NCBI RefSeq assembly: GCF_009914755.1
Contig: NC_060928.1
Length of the DNA stretch: 64,000 nt
Origin: the human T2T-CHM13v2.0 reference genome, Homo sapiens
Strand: one strand, 5' to 3'
Both the position numbers and the translations under genes were made by a program. The stretch's first letter is position 1, and the number at the start of each line of letters is the position of its first letter. Shown in pieces: positions 16,134 to 29,722 of this stretch. The notes under the pieces are model-generated. The model was not told the origin of the DNA and made no database searches. It was given only the letters and a program-made list of their open reading frames with translations.

Positions 16134-17271
16134 ATACAAAATGACATACAGTATATAGATACTTCTATGTATGTTAGAGTCCATACACATATTGATTTAA
16201 GTAGCCTGGAGAGAGATATTTATATATAGTACATATATATATAATATATATATATAATTTGAGTGGTATTTTTATCTTAGTAATCATTTGCTCATTTTTT
16301 TGTTTATTGAGCTCTTTGTTTTAGTTCCCTCTTTATCTTATAAATTTCTACAATTTACATATTATAGTTTTTTGTTTAAAAATGCTTATTTAAAAAAATT
16401 AAATTGTGAAGAACTTTATTGCTAAAGTATGAAATAATTAATATTATCTTATTGGGAACTTTCACTGAATGCCTTGATTTAGTTTTCTAATCCAGAAAAT
16501 ATAAATTATAATGATACATCACGGTATTTACAAGGAAAAATATAAAATAAATACTGGAAAATCTCTTGAATATACTTTGAATACAATATGACAAGGAGAC
16601 AGAAGTCACATAAAGGTTGCAAGGCCTACCAATTTGAGAGAAATAGGCAAGAAGAATGTTCCGGCGAAACGGCATTATCTGTCATCCATCACTAGAGTAT
16701 AATAAAGAGGGATACAAAAAGGAATGGTCATGCTTAGAGTAGGTCTTACACTAAATATTTTCTTTTACAATAAATGACCATAAACCCTGCAATAATTCTA
16801 GCTCAAAGTACAAAAATATTTTTTTTGAGGTTTTGCTGAGTGGACCTCTTCTAAATAGAGGACTAGGAGAAAACCGTCACCAATTATAAGCAATATCGCA
16901 TCCATAAAAAGAATTAAAGCCATCTGTAGGAATAAGCTATACAGTAGTTGCAAATGGTGTCTGTTTATCCCGAATCCTGTATAGGGAGTGTGGCTCAAAC
17001 TGAAAGTATCAGAGAAATAAAATGAACACATTATACTTGCATAACACTCTCTGCATTTAGAATTGCTCCTTATGAATTATCTGTATTTCTTAGTGAATTT
17101 TATAAGCTTCTATAATGCAGGTGCAAGTCTACATCTCTATTTTGTTAATATGAAAAGAAAGACTCATATAAATTGCTTGCTTTGATGTTAATCACATAGT
17201 CACTAAGAGATGTAACTGCAATTTCAAGCTGAGGCTTCTATCTCAAAAAAGGTTTTTTGTTTTTTGTTTTT

Positions 17272-18615
17272 AGACATATAGACCAATGGAACAGAATAGA
17301 GAAGCCAGAAATAAGGCTGCGCACCTACAAGCATCTGATCTTTGACAAATCTGACAAAAACAGGCAATGGGAAACGGACTCCCTATTCATTAAATGGTTC
17401 TGGGTTAACTCACTAGGCATATGCAAAAGCTTGAAACTGGACTCCTTCCTTACACCACATACAAAAACCAACTCAAGATGGATTAGATACTTTAATGTAA
17501 AATCCAAAACTATGAACACCCTGGAAGATATCCTAGATAATACCTGGACATGGGAATGGGCAAAGATTTCATGGCACAGACACCAAAAGCAATCACAACA
17601 AAAGCAAAAATTGACAAATGGGATCTAATTAAACTTACGAGCTTCTGAATAGCAAAAGAAAATGTAAACAGAGTAAACAGACAACCTATAGAATGGGATA
17701 AAATATTTGCAAACTATGCATCTGACAAAGGTCTACTATCCAGCATCTATAAGAACTTAAACAAATTTACAGTAAAAAAACAATCAACCCCATTTAAAAG
17801 GACATGAACAGACACTTAACAAAAGAAGACATATCTGAGGCCAATAAGCATGTGAAAAAATGCTCAACCTCACTGATTATCAGAAAAACCTAAATTAAAA
17901 CCATGATGAGATACCATCTACACCAGTCAGAATGACTATTACTAAAGAGTAAAAAAAATGAATGCTTGTGAGGTTGTGGAGAAAAGGAAACACTAATACA
18001 ATGCTGGGAGTGTAAATTGGTTCAATCATTGTGGAAAGCAGTGTGGTGACTCCTCAAAGGTCTAAAGACAGGAATACCATTTGACTCAGCAATCCTGTTA
18101 CTGGGTACACACCCAGAGAAATATATTCTACCATAAAGACACTGCACACATATATTCATCACAGCACTATTCACAATAGCAAAGACATAGAATCAACCTA
18201 AATGCCATCAATGACAGATTGGATCAAGAAAATGTAGTAATATACACCATGGAATACTATGCAGCCATAAAAAAGAACAAGATCATGTCCTTTGAAGGAA
18301 CACAGATGGAGCTGGAGGCCATAATTTTTAACAAACTAAGGCAGGAACAGAAAACCAAATAGTGCATACTCTCACATATAGTGGGAGCTGTATAATGAGA
18401 ACACATGGACACAAAAACGGGAACAACAAAACCCTGGAGCCTACCTGAGAGTGGAGTGTGGGAGGAGGGAGAAGATGAGAAAAAAAAAAAAAAAACTATT
18501 GGCTACCAGGCTTAGTACCTGGGTGATTAAATAATTTGTACAACAATCCCTGTGACATGAACTTATCTACATAAAGAACCTGCACATATACCCCTGAATC
18601 TAAACTAAAAGTTGT
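17272..18615 (+). mobile_element. 5'-truncated older L1PA (PA15/16-like)
   Basis: ORF2 C-terminal remnant ([13 protein letters not shown]) and old-type 3' UTR (ggcttagtacctgggtgat...). Possible TSD aaaaaggtttttt / aaaaagatttttt. Confidence 0.9.
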
Positions 18616-18805
18616 TTTGAAAAAGATTTTTTCTACTACCTCCCCTTGGATTTATGAAAACATGCTGAGGTTTTCTTTTTTTTCCCTGAAATCTTTTAGA
18701 AGCATTAAAATTGAGAAGGAAATGAATTTTAGAAAGAAATCTTGCAGCAGAGGGGAAGCCATGGCATTATTTCAGATTAAAAAAAATGGTTTTAAAATGA
18801 GATAG

Positions 18806-19860
18806 TGTGGTAGATAGAGGAGGTCCACAAATTCTCTCTTAAATAGGCAGAAACTGTTTTCCCAGGCCTTCAATATGAACTGCCTTTATGACTTGATATG
18901 ACCACAGAGTGTGTCTGAAGACATATGACGTCTCAACCCAAGAGCTAAGAAGTCTGGTAGCTTCTACTCTTGTCCTATCAGACCATTGCTAAAGAGAGAC
19001 TCATTCAGGAGAAGGGATTAAAAGAAACTATGTGAAGAAAAGCTCAGCTGCCACAGACTTGCCAGCCATTGGAGCTAAGGCCCCACACGTGTGATTGAGG
19101 CCTCTGGGCCTATAGTCTTCACCATTCTCCCTTAGCTCCATTTTGCTTTCCTCCTTTTGCTTCTTACCAATGCTTTCTTCTCCCTCTGTATAGTTCTAGG
19201 TGAACTTTAGAGTTCAGAAAAGACCCACAAAGATAGTACATTGTTTACCCATTGTTTTTTAATTGATCTTTGTGTTATATAAATTGCATTTGATTCTTAT
19301 TTTTTCTACACTCATTGATATTCCTATTCATATTTTTACTTACATTATTATTTCTCATTATACTATTTCATAATTTTTCTTATAATAATTTCTGTAAATT
19401 AATAAATGACTGATTAATTGAAAACAGAGACATAGAAATTTAATCAATTTGATTATCCAGGGTTGTGCTGACTCCGTATATGTTTTAGGATTACACATTT
19501 GTTTTCTAACCCTGAACTCTTCATGTATAGAAAAGTCATAATATTAGAGCCAGTATTTTATTTTTTAGTATTTGGTTTCATTTTTTTATTTTTTAGTATT
19601 TGGTTCAGTTTTAATTTCATTATGTGGACATACCTTGGGATAATATGAAAGCTGTAATTATTTATCCAGCTGACACACCTAGTGACCCCAAATGTTGAGT
19701 GAAGCCAGCTGATGTTGTGCAGAACAGACACCAGATGCCCCAGCTGAGTGGTACCCACAGTGCCAACCCACAAAGTCATTAAAAAGTAAATTTTTATTCT
19801 TTTAAGCCACTGAGTTTTGGAGTGGCTTGTTTGTCAGTGACAGGCAACCATAGTTGAGCA
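18806..19860 (+). mobile_element. MLT1 (F/G/H-like) LTR split into 18806-19110 and 19665-19860
   Basis: 5' tgtggtag...ggccccacacgtgtgattgaggcc. 3' tccagc...ttttaagccactgagttttggagtggcttgtt. Confidence 0.8.
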
Positions 19861-20893
19861 TCATCATTACAGGCTTTATGTTGAAATAATTTATATGAAA
19901 AGCAAAAATAAAATCTGCTATTAAAAGACAATTTGATGATTTATTAATGATGTTTCCTATTTCCTTAGTAAATTTAAATTGTGACAGAAATTCAGCTGTG
20001 CAATGAATTATACATGATGCTAACAAACTGCATTTACATATATACTATTTTATAGCCATTAAATAATACTCATAAAAAGAATTTGTAGTGATCATGAATT
20101 ATTCCATTATCTAAGTAGAGAATGTAAAAAGGAATTGCATTTTTACAAATGGCATATACTGAATAAAAAGTTATAATTAGCACTTAGATTTTTCTCCAAA
20201 AATATGTATCTCATCAAATAACCTTAAAATAAATAAATATTTGTATAAATTAATATATCAGAAGCCTTCAGTCACAATTGCCTCTTATACTATCTAGCTA
20301 CTTGTTTCTCAAAATAAAAATCACATTTTCATTGAAAACAATATAATCTGGAAGCTTTTTATAAACAATTATAGATTTTAAACTATCCCAAGTTATATCC
20401 ACACAATGAAATTAAAATAGAACCAGATACTCAAAAATAAAATACTGGCTCTAATATTATGGATTTTCTATACATGAATGGTTCATGGATAGAAATCAAA
20501 AGTGCAATCCTAAAACAAATACAGGGTCAACATAATCCTGAAGAATCAAATTGATTACATTTCTTTATCTCTGTTTCCAATTAATCAGCCATTTATTAAT
20601 TGACAGAAAAAATTATTAGAAGAAGCATGAAATATCATAAGGAAAAATAATAATATAAGTAAAAATATAAAGAGAAGTATCAACAAATCTAGATAAAACA
20701 ATAAAATACAATGTATATAACATAAAGATCAATTAAAAAATAATGGGTAGACAATGTACTATTTGTGGGTCTATTTTGGATGCTAAATTGCACCTGGAAC
20801 TATACAAACTATACAAATGGGAGAAGGGAGCATTGGTAAGAGGGAAAAGGAGGAAAGAAAAAAAGGAGTGAAGAGAGAATGGTGAAGAATATA
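19111..20893. repeat. ~550-bp imperfect inverted repeat: arms 19111-19665 and 20361-20893, spacer ~700 bp
   Basis: Arms align end to end by eye. Examples: ataatattagagccagtattttattttt vs aaaaataaaatactggctctaatattat; ttttttaattgatcttt vs aaagatcaattaaaaaa. Confidence 0.95.
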
Positions 20894-22040
20894 ACCAGGA
20901 AAGAAATTCTCTGATTGCTGCTGATCACCAATGTAAGAAATTAATTGTTTCCCCTGGGACATTGATTCTGACCCAGAAATGGGGCATGTGAATAGGAGAG
21001 AAAAAAAAAAAAAAAGACTGACAAAGATTTTTAAAGCATAGGAAACCACGAGAGGTGCTTCCCAGTAAGCTGGAAAATTCTCAGAGATCACAGAGTGCTA
21101 AAGACCAATTAAGTTCCCACTCATTAAAGAGAGACTCTGCTTAACACGTAGGGCCTTCAGTGGCAAAACCAGAAAATTTTAACTAAAAATTGGGGACAAA
21201 TTAGCCCTAGAGTACAGATTTCTCTAGGCCCGACTTAAAATAGTTTAAATACAAGTCATGAAAAGGTCAACCTGATCTACAAGTTATTTAACATCCAACC
21301 AGAAGAAAAAGTCCAATACTCTTTACATTACTACAACATAAACTAACACATAACAATGCAAAATTTACAATATAGAATCCGTCAGAAATTACTAGACATA
21401 AGAATAAGCAGGAAAATGTAACTTATAGCCTAAAAGTTGCAGGTGATACAGAACAAGAAATAATAAAAGTTAAATAATTAGTAACAATGACATTAAATTA
21501 GTTAATGTAATGCCTAATATGTTCAAGGATATAAAGGCAAAAGTGAGCATAATTAAATAACTATGATATATAAAGAAGAAAAAATCAGAAATTAAAAATT
21601 TACAGATTTGACACTGCAAAAGCAAAACTCATTGAATCTTAAGAGCTAACAACTGAAACTTTTCCATGTGAAGAACAAAGAGGAATAAAATAAGGAAAAA
21701 TAAAGCACCACGGTGTCACAGGGCTCAAATTCAGGCTGATTAACCAATAAGCAATCAGAGTTTTAAATGGAGAGAAAAGAGAGGGAGGACAGAAGATAGT
21801 CTTGAAGATATCATGACATTAAATTTTCTAATTTCTGAGAGTTATAAATGCAATGCTCAAAGTTCAGTAAACACAAATTTGAACAAACACAAAGAAAATA
21901 CATCAAAATACAGCACAATAAAATTCCTAGACTCAAGTTATAAAGAGAACACCTTAATAATAACAAGAAGGGGAAAAATTATACAGAATGCTACAGATAA
22001 GAATGACTACAGCATTCACCTAAAAAATTAAGCAAGCCCA

Positions 22041-22345
<305 letters not shown>

Positions 22346-23426
22346 TTAAGCAAGCCCAGTGAAATTAAATTCATCTTTAAAGTGATGAGAAAAAAGTATT
22401 TTACATATTTTGGTTACCTAGAACTTTATACTCAAAAAATATTTTTAAAATTCAGGGAAAATAAGAAATTTTCAGAGAAATAAAAGCTAAGATATCTGGT
22501 GACCAATGTTATCAACAATAGTCAATCAATTTGAATCAATTTGATTCAAATGGCATTAAGAGTACACTCTACCCAACAGCAAAACACTGATAGACAGTAT
22601 GTTAGAACAAGAAATCAATCTCAATGAATTTAGATGAAATGAAATTACAAAGTTTGATCTCTGACCACAACATATTGAGTCAGAAATAAAAATAATATTG
22701 GGAATACTTTCAAATATGTAAAAATTAGAGAGATTTCTAAATAATTATATAATCTATAAAATAAAGGAAGTTATAAAAATGTGAGCAGAAATCAATGGCA
22801 AAGATAGAAAAGTATTTCAGTGGGAAAGATTTTATTTTATTTTATTTTTTTATAAAACAGTGCTGAAACAATTAGGTACACATATATAATAATAATAATA
22901 ATAAAATACTCAATGCTTATCTCACTATGTACACAAAAATGAAGTTGAATAGGTCATAGATCTAAAAAAATTCTTCAATTGTAAAGTTGTTAAAGAAAAC
23001 ATAACAGACTTTATAACCTTGGAGTAGGCAAATATTAAGATACACTCAGACAAAGAATATCCATCCATTCAATAATTTATAAAATGGAAAATTTCAAAAT
23101 TAAAGAATTCTATTTATGATGTACCATTAATAATAAAAAGGAAAAACACAGAACCAGGATAAATATACCTCATATTATGGTTTTTCAACTGTTTTTCACC
23201 TGCTGATTTTTTATCTTTCAATGAGAAAACAGTTAATCCATGTATGTCCAACATTGTATTCGGACCTCTTAATGAACCATCAACATGACATGACATGTAT
23301 ATGGCAAATTATCTTATCTAGAATAACAAACTTTAATTTAGTAGTAACATAAAAAAATTTGAACAGACACTTCAAAGAAAAGATAATATACAAATGCCCA
23401 CGAAGCTTATGAAACGATGCTCTACT

Positions 23427-24130
23427 GAGTGGTCCCTGTTACTGGTTGAAAGTGTCTAGGTTCTTGGCGTATTTAACAAATAATTGGACAAAATGCACAA
23501 ATAAAGCAAGGAATGAATGAAGCAAAAAAGGCAGAGATTTATTGAAAACAATAGTACACTCCACAGTGTCGGGCAGGCCCGAGCATAGGGGCTCAGGAGT
23601 CCTGATACAGAATTTTCTGGGGTTTAAATGTGCTCTAGAGGTTTCCATTGGTTACCTGGTGCATGCCCCATGCAAATGAAGAGGATGAAGTAAAGTTACA
23701 AAGTCATTTACTGAGTGTGCATCCTACCTAAATGAATAGGATACTTTCTGTCATAGCTGAAGGGTTTTCATTTGATTTAGTTCTAGGAAGTCCTTAGGTT
23801 CCCTGCCTCCAGGCCCTATTCTCCTGCCTCAGTCCTCAACCTTTTGGCACCAGGGACCCATTTTGTGGAAGACAATTTTTCCACAGATCAGAGCATGTAG
23901 GGGGGTTAGTTTCAAGATGAAACTGTTCCACCTCAGATCATCCGGCATTAGATTCTCATGAGTGTGCAACCTAGATCCCTCACATGTGGGCAATCACAAT
24001 AAAGTTCGCACTCCTATGTGAATCTAATGGCACAGCTCGCTGGCCCCCCTGCTCACCTCTTGCTGTGCAGCACAGTTTCTAAGGGGCTGCAGCCTGTAAC
24101 CAGTCCATGGCCTACAGTTGGGGACCCCTG
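23427..24130 (+). mobile_element. MER1B (hAT-Charlie) DNA transposon interrupted by an LTR
   Basis: caaccttttggcaccagggacc...tggaagacaatttttccac...aaactgttccacctcagatcat...gttggggacccctg. Degenerate TSD ctctact / cactacat. Confidence 0.9.
23437..23831 (-). mobile_element. ERV1 solo LTR (MER51/MER61-like)
   Basis: Reverse complement begins TGAGGCAGGAGAATAGGG-CCTGGAGGCAGGGAACCTAAGG and ends TAACA. TSD gtccc / gtcct. Confidence 0.85.
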
Positions 24131-24564
24131 CACTACATCATTAGTCATCAGAAAAATGCAAATTAATGCCAACATAGACAAAGCACTAAGCATCCATTAG
24201 AATGGCTAAAATAAGAAGACTGATGATAAACATTGTTGAAAATGTGGAGCAAGTAGGATATCCACATAATTATCTTCTAGTCTTCTTTGTCTACACATGG
24301 ACTTATTTGCCCCAGTTTTTACCTTAAAAACTTTATAAATTTAAGCATTTGGCAAAGACTAATTTGAATGATGTGGCTAGAAGACAAAAGCTTATGAAAT
24401 AAACTGATCTGTCTAAAGCAGACAACTGGTCCAAGTCTAGTCTAATTCACGGTGGCTAATAATGACAAGGGCACATAATCCAGGGCACTCACTATAGGAC
24501 AGAAAAGCAGATTGTCATTAAAGTGTAGGCTTAGTAGGCAGCTTGACATGCATTTTACTTAAAA

Positions 24565-24660
24565 TAATAAAGATTACAGAGTTCCTGTAAGAATTAAATG
24601 AGATAACTATGCAAACTCATCCAGAAGAATTTTGGAACAGATATTCAATAAATGTTAGTT
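24565..24660 (+). mobile_element. MIR fragment
   Basis: gtaagaattaaatgagataactatgcaaa...attcaataaatgttagtt. Confidence 0.6.
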
Positions 24661-26409
24661 TACAGATTTTTTCTTCTCATTATTTCATTCCTTTTCTTTC
24701 TAGCACTCTTCATACTCCTCTTTATCACTACTTCCTTATTTCATTCTTTACTCATTTCCTTTTTTAATCATTTCCCAATTTCCTCTTTTCATTTTCATTT
24801 CTTCCTTTCTGTCTCCTTTCTTGATTGAGTGCATTTCCAAGGAGGTTGTTATAGACAAGGAAGAATCAAACCACAGAGACTTAATTCAAAGAGCTGAACT
24901 TTTAACCATATATTCAGAAGTTTAAATTCAATGGAGCTAATAGCCCAGTGAGATTATCATTCTATACACATCATTTTAAAGATGGGCAAAGCATTGAATT
25001 CAAGTTCCAGCAGAACCCCCAAGATGATTGAATTTACCCTTTCAACTCTCTTTTTCACCATCTGATTTCTTATCCTTCAGTGAGAAAACAGTTAATCCAC
25101 ATATGTCCAAGATTTCTTAGTAAACAATCACCATAACCCTTGATCACAATTTATACAGAATATCTATTAACTACAAATACATATTGGAGAGAAGAACAGG
25201 GTGGGATGACAAATTTTATGCTTTAAGAGATTTCTAATCTATTGCTATTTGAATCAAATCCTCTAATACTTTTACACTTCTGTTTTCTCTCCCTTGGCTT
25301 GTGGGGTTCTGTGTAGTGAGTGTTGCTGGCTCCACCTTCAGCTATTCATTCCAAACACTATATTCTCCCCTTTTTATTTTTACAGCTAAGATTTTTGCAC
25401 ACTAGATAATGATAATTTTAAAAGTTCCTAAATTTCAATACACATCTGAACAATACCACACCATTATACTTTTTCTGCATCATTCTACCTTATATTGCAA
25501 TATATGTGGTGTATTCTAAAGCAAAAAATATCTCAAGAGCACATGCAGCCCAAATATATTACCAAACAAATTAACATACACAATACATAGCCAGCAACAG
25601 AAAAAGTTCATACTTGATAAAATATTACCTATAAAAGAGTGCTACAGAATGAACCATCCTAAGCATATTTTCTGTATTCTGTTGCTTTCCTATGAAAATC
25701 AAGGAAAACATTATTTCCAGTAAAAATTCAGAGCTGGGAAACATGCCAGTAGGATTAGAGTATCTGAAGAAGGCATGACAAAACCTTGGTAAATATCTCT
25801 GCTCTTGCTCATGAAACTGATTTATAAGCAGAGACAGTTAAAGTAAAGTTTAAATATAAATTTATTTGGTATATAAAAGTGTTTTAAAATATTATTTATA
25901 CTTTCTATGAAACTGGGACTTCCATATATCCTATGTCATTTTCAGGACATTTTCAAATCTTCTGTGCTTAATGACTTTCAAAAAAGGATATATGTGGGCA
26001 TAATGGAATATATTCTGTTTTTTTTTTAATTCTTATATATTACATTATTTAAATCTAAGGCAGCAAAAAAATTAAATTTAAAAAATGGTATAGTGATATT
26101 CGGAGTTACAGAATTTTCTCTTATCCCCTGTGTCCCCTCTGCACTTGGATGTGATTCTCCACAACCATGAGAAAGAGAAGGAATAATGGAGCAAGTATTG
26201 AAAGAACCCATATGATTTTGCTCTTCTGTCAATGCAATGCTTTTCAACTATATAATGAAAACTTTTCCCCCGCCCAGTTCTCCCCCAACAGATCTTTCTC
26301 CCTGCTGTTGCCCAGATTCCTCAGTTTGATGTTTCAGAAAAATATTTTTTTTTCTGATTGCAGGAAAAAAAAAAAAGACTTAAATAATTGTCCCAGATTT
26401 CCTACTTAG

Positions 26410-26540
26410 AAGCTCTGTACCTCTGAGCCTTGGTTTCCTAACCTACAAAATGGTGATAACATCACAATCAGTTATCATAAAGAATAAAGTATCATGCCAA
26501 AGTTCTTTATAAAATGTATGTGAACAAATGTAAGGTACTA
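26410..26540 (+). mobile_element. MIR fragment
   Basis: acctctgagccttggtttcctaacctacaaaatggtgataac. Confidence 0.6.
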
Positions 26541-27230
26541 ACTTTTCATACCCTATTTGTGTATCTTTTATCTTCACTACTCTATCAACTTATCAATGTT
26601 CTGTTACTCTTCCTTTATTAACTTCTTTATTTCTGTTTTTTTCTTATTCACCAAGCTTTCTTTTGACTCATACCAGCAAATAAAATAACGGTGTGGAATC
26701 ATTAAGAATTTTAAATGTTTAACCGTAAATCACTAAATAAATATAAAGTATGCATGATCGATATTCACTATTCATTTTCCTTTCAACTTATAGTATTAAT
26801 AAAGTACAAAAGGACATAAACTCTTTTTATTGTAAATTATCTTTAATAGAATATTTGAAATAATAAACTAAGTTTTTGTGTGTATATGCCTTAGTTCATT
26901 GTTTGACCACAAACATTTCTCATTATTAATGGTCACAGATGCCATCTGAATGAGATTAAGACACAGAAAGTCCTAATTATAGAGAATGTCCTACTTACCA
27001 TGATTTTTCATTGCAGTATAATCTATAATTGAGAAATGTATAAGCAAAGTAAAATATTTAAACCGAAGAGGATAGTTTTAAAAAAACATGGTTTTCAAAG
27101 AGAGAATCTTCAAATTTTATCCCAATTTTTTAATTTAAATTTTATTTTGCAAAAGCTAAGTAATAGAGAAAGTGTTTATATTCTATAAGTAGAAGATCAA
27201 GACACAGTATTGTATATTGTAATTACAGCA

Positions 27231-27791
27231 CGGATTAGTCAGGGTTCTCTAAAGGGACAGGACTAACAGGATAGATGAATATATGAAGGGGAGTTTATTA
27301 AGATAATTGACTCACAGGATCACAAGATGAAGTCCCACAATAGGTTGTCTGCAAGCTGAGGAGCCAGAAAGCCAGTTTGAGTGCCAAAATCTCAAAAGTA
27401 GGGAAGCCAACAGTGCAGCCTTCAGCCTGTGGCCAAAGGCCTGAGAGCCCCTGGCAAAGCACTGGTGTAAGTCCAGGAGTCCAAAAGCTGAAGAACTTGG
27501 AGTCCAATGTTCAAAGGCAGGAAGCGTCCATCACAGGAGAAAGATGAAAGCTGGAAGAGTCAGCCAGCTTTCTGGTTTTCTAGTCTTTCCACATTCTTCT
27601 GCCTGCTTTTTAACCTAGCCACGCTGGCAGCTAAGTATATGGTGCCCACTCAGATTGAGGGTGGGTCTGCCCCTTACAGTCCACTGACTCAAATGTTAAT
27701 CTCCTTGGCAAACACCCTCACAGAAACACCCAGGAACAATAATTTGTATTCTTCAATCCAATGAAGTTGACACTCAATATTAATCATCACA
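27231..27791 (-). mobile_element. MLT2A (HERVL) solo LTR
   Basis: Reverse complement begins TGTGATGATTAATATTGAGTGTCAAC. Perfect 5-bp TSD cagca at 27226-27230 and 27792-27796. Confidence 0.92.
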
Positions 27792-28774
27792 CAGCAATAT
27801 AAAAAATTTTAAAAATACTACCTCCTCCCATTTCCTAAAGTTTCTCGATGAAAAATTTCTTACATTTTCTGAGTTATGCATCTGATCATCCACAATTATG
27901 AAAACATGTTCACATAAAAATCAGTTTATGTTCTGTGACTGTACTAGATACACATACTGTTATTAATTTGGATTTTTTTTATTTGGGTTTAAGTATTCAT
28001 TCAATAACACTGGCAGGAAGTGTCATCTACAGTATACCTATCTGGCACTCCCTGCCTTAAAGGATAACTTTAAAAAAGAATATGAAGCAGGAAGGAGGAC
28101 AATCATTCACAGTGTTTTAGTGGTAACAACAGAATACAATATATTGCCCCAGGACACTTCTATGTAGTACTACAACCCATCTTTTATTCTGTATTGTACA
28201 ACAATTGGCATGACCCCCTTCCCATAGATCTTATTCTCTGTGGATGATATTACTACTTTCTCTACAAATATTACTTCTTTAGTAAAGTTGTATATATTTT
28301 AGAAATTATTTTATTAGATCTCAAGATAGCCACAAGTTAATACACTCAAATTAATTCCTCTCAAAAAATGGCATTCCAGTATATCTTTACTGACAAAGAA
28401 AAAAGATATTCTTCGTTGAAAAAAAAAAAAACAGTTCAGTCAAGTTTAACTTACTTTCTTGATTGAAAACAAGAACTCACTTATTGGGAAGAATTGAGAG
28501 ATCAGCATCAAAGCACTTCACATTTAAAAGAAACCATATTCCCTATATATAGCTTTTCTTTTAATCTCTTTACAAACTGAATGTAATTTGAAAGAATGCT
28601 AAATTCTCCCATATGGTTTCAAAGAGAGTAAAGAGACCGGGTAAACACAAATGTCTCTTTCCAATTTATTCTGACCCTGCTCTGCTTACATCTCTGTTAC
28701 CACAAAGATATATATGGAACAATATACATATCTAACAAGTATGTGATATACATTTTGACATTAAAAATGGAGCT

Positions 28775-29075
28775 GGCCGAGCACAGTGGTTCATGCCTGT
28801 AATCCCAGCACTTGGGGAGGCCAAGGCAAGAAGATAGCTTGAGACCAGGAGTTCAAGATCATTCTGGGAAACATGGGGAGACCCTGTCTCTACAAAAAAT
28901 AAAAATAATATAAAACAAATTATCTGGGTGTGGTGGCACACACCTGTAGTCCTGGTTACTCGGGAGATTGAGGTGGGAGTTTCTCTTGTACCATGGAGTT
29001 TGAAGCCACAGTGAGCCATGACCATGCCACTGCACTTCAGCCTCGGTGAAAAGCAAGACTCTGATTCTTTAAATA
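28775..29075 (+). mobile_element. AluJ
   Basis: Diverged Alu with gcttgag-ccaggagtt J-type motifs. Confidence 0.9.
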
Positions 29076-29722
29076 ATCTTTAAAAAAGCTTTATAAATCA
29101 TTAATTAGAATCAACAAAACATCAAACAAAATATATTCTGTCTTCACTCTGGCTTTCATGTTGCACTTTCTTCTTTCTTTTTTAGTGGTTCTTTTTAGAT
29201 ATATCTGTATAGGTAAGGCACAAATAATTACAAATAAATAATAACCCTTATCTTTTATATTTCTATATAACCAACAGTTTGAAAAAGACACATCGCATCA
29301 CAATGATATTCTTATAAACTAAAGTATCCAGAAAGTGTTAACTTTTAAAAAAAATTATACCATTGCTCTTATAAAATTTTAAGGAAACTTCAGTAGTTTT
29401 AAAATATTCATTTTAAATATAAAATGTTCATTTTTTTGGCGAGACAACTAAGATGTTATTGGTTTTATATCACTTAGAGCTCAGATTTTTCCTTTCTATT
29501 CTAATAATCTGATGTCAAGATATGTAAAAACAACATAGTCGCTAATGCTAACAAGTAGTTTTCTAGAATTGCTGACAAAGAATAGAGGAAAGAAAGATTG
29601 CAATTTGTATTCAGGTACCATTTTAATAAAAATTAGAATTTTTATAGAGCAACTTCAGAGAAGAGCTTGATGTACTTATTAGGTTTTAAATTTTCAGAAA
29701 AGAAAATAACCAACTCACTCCC

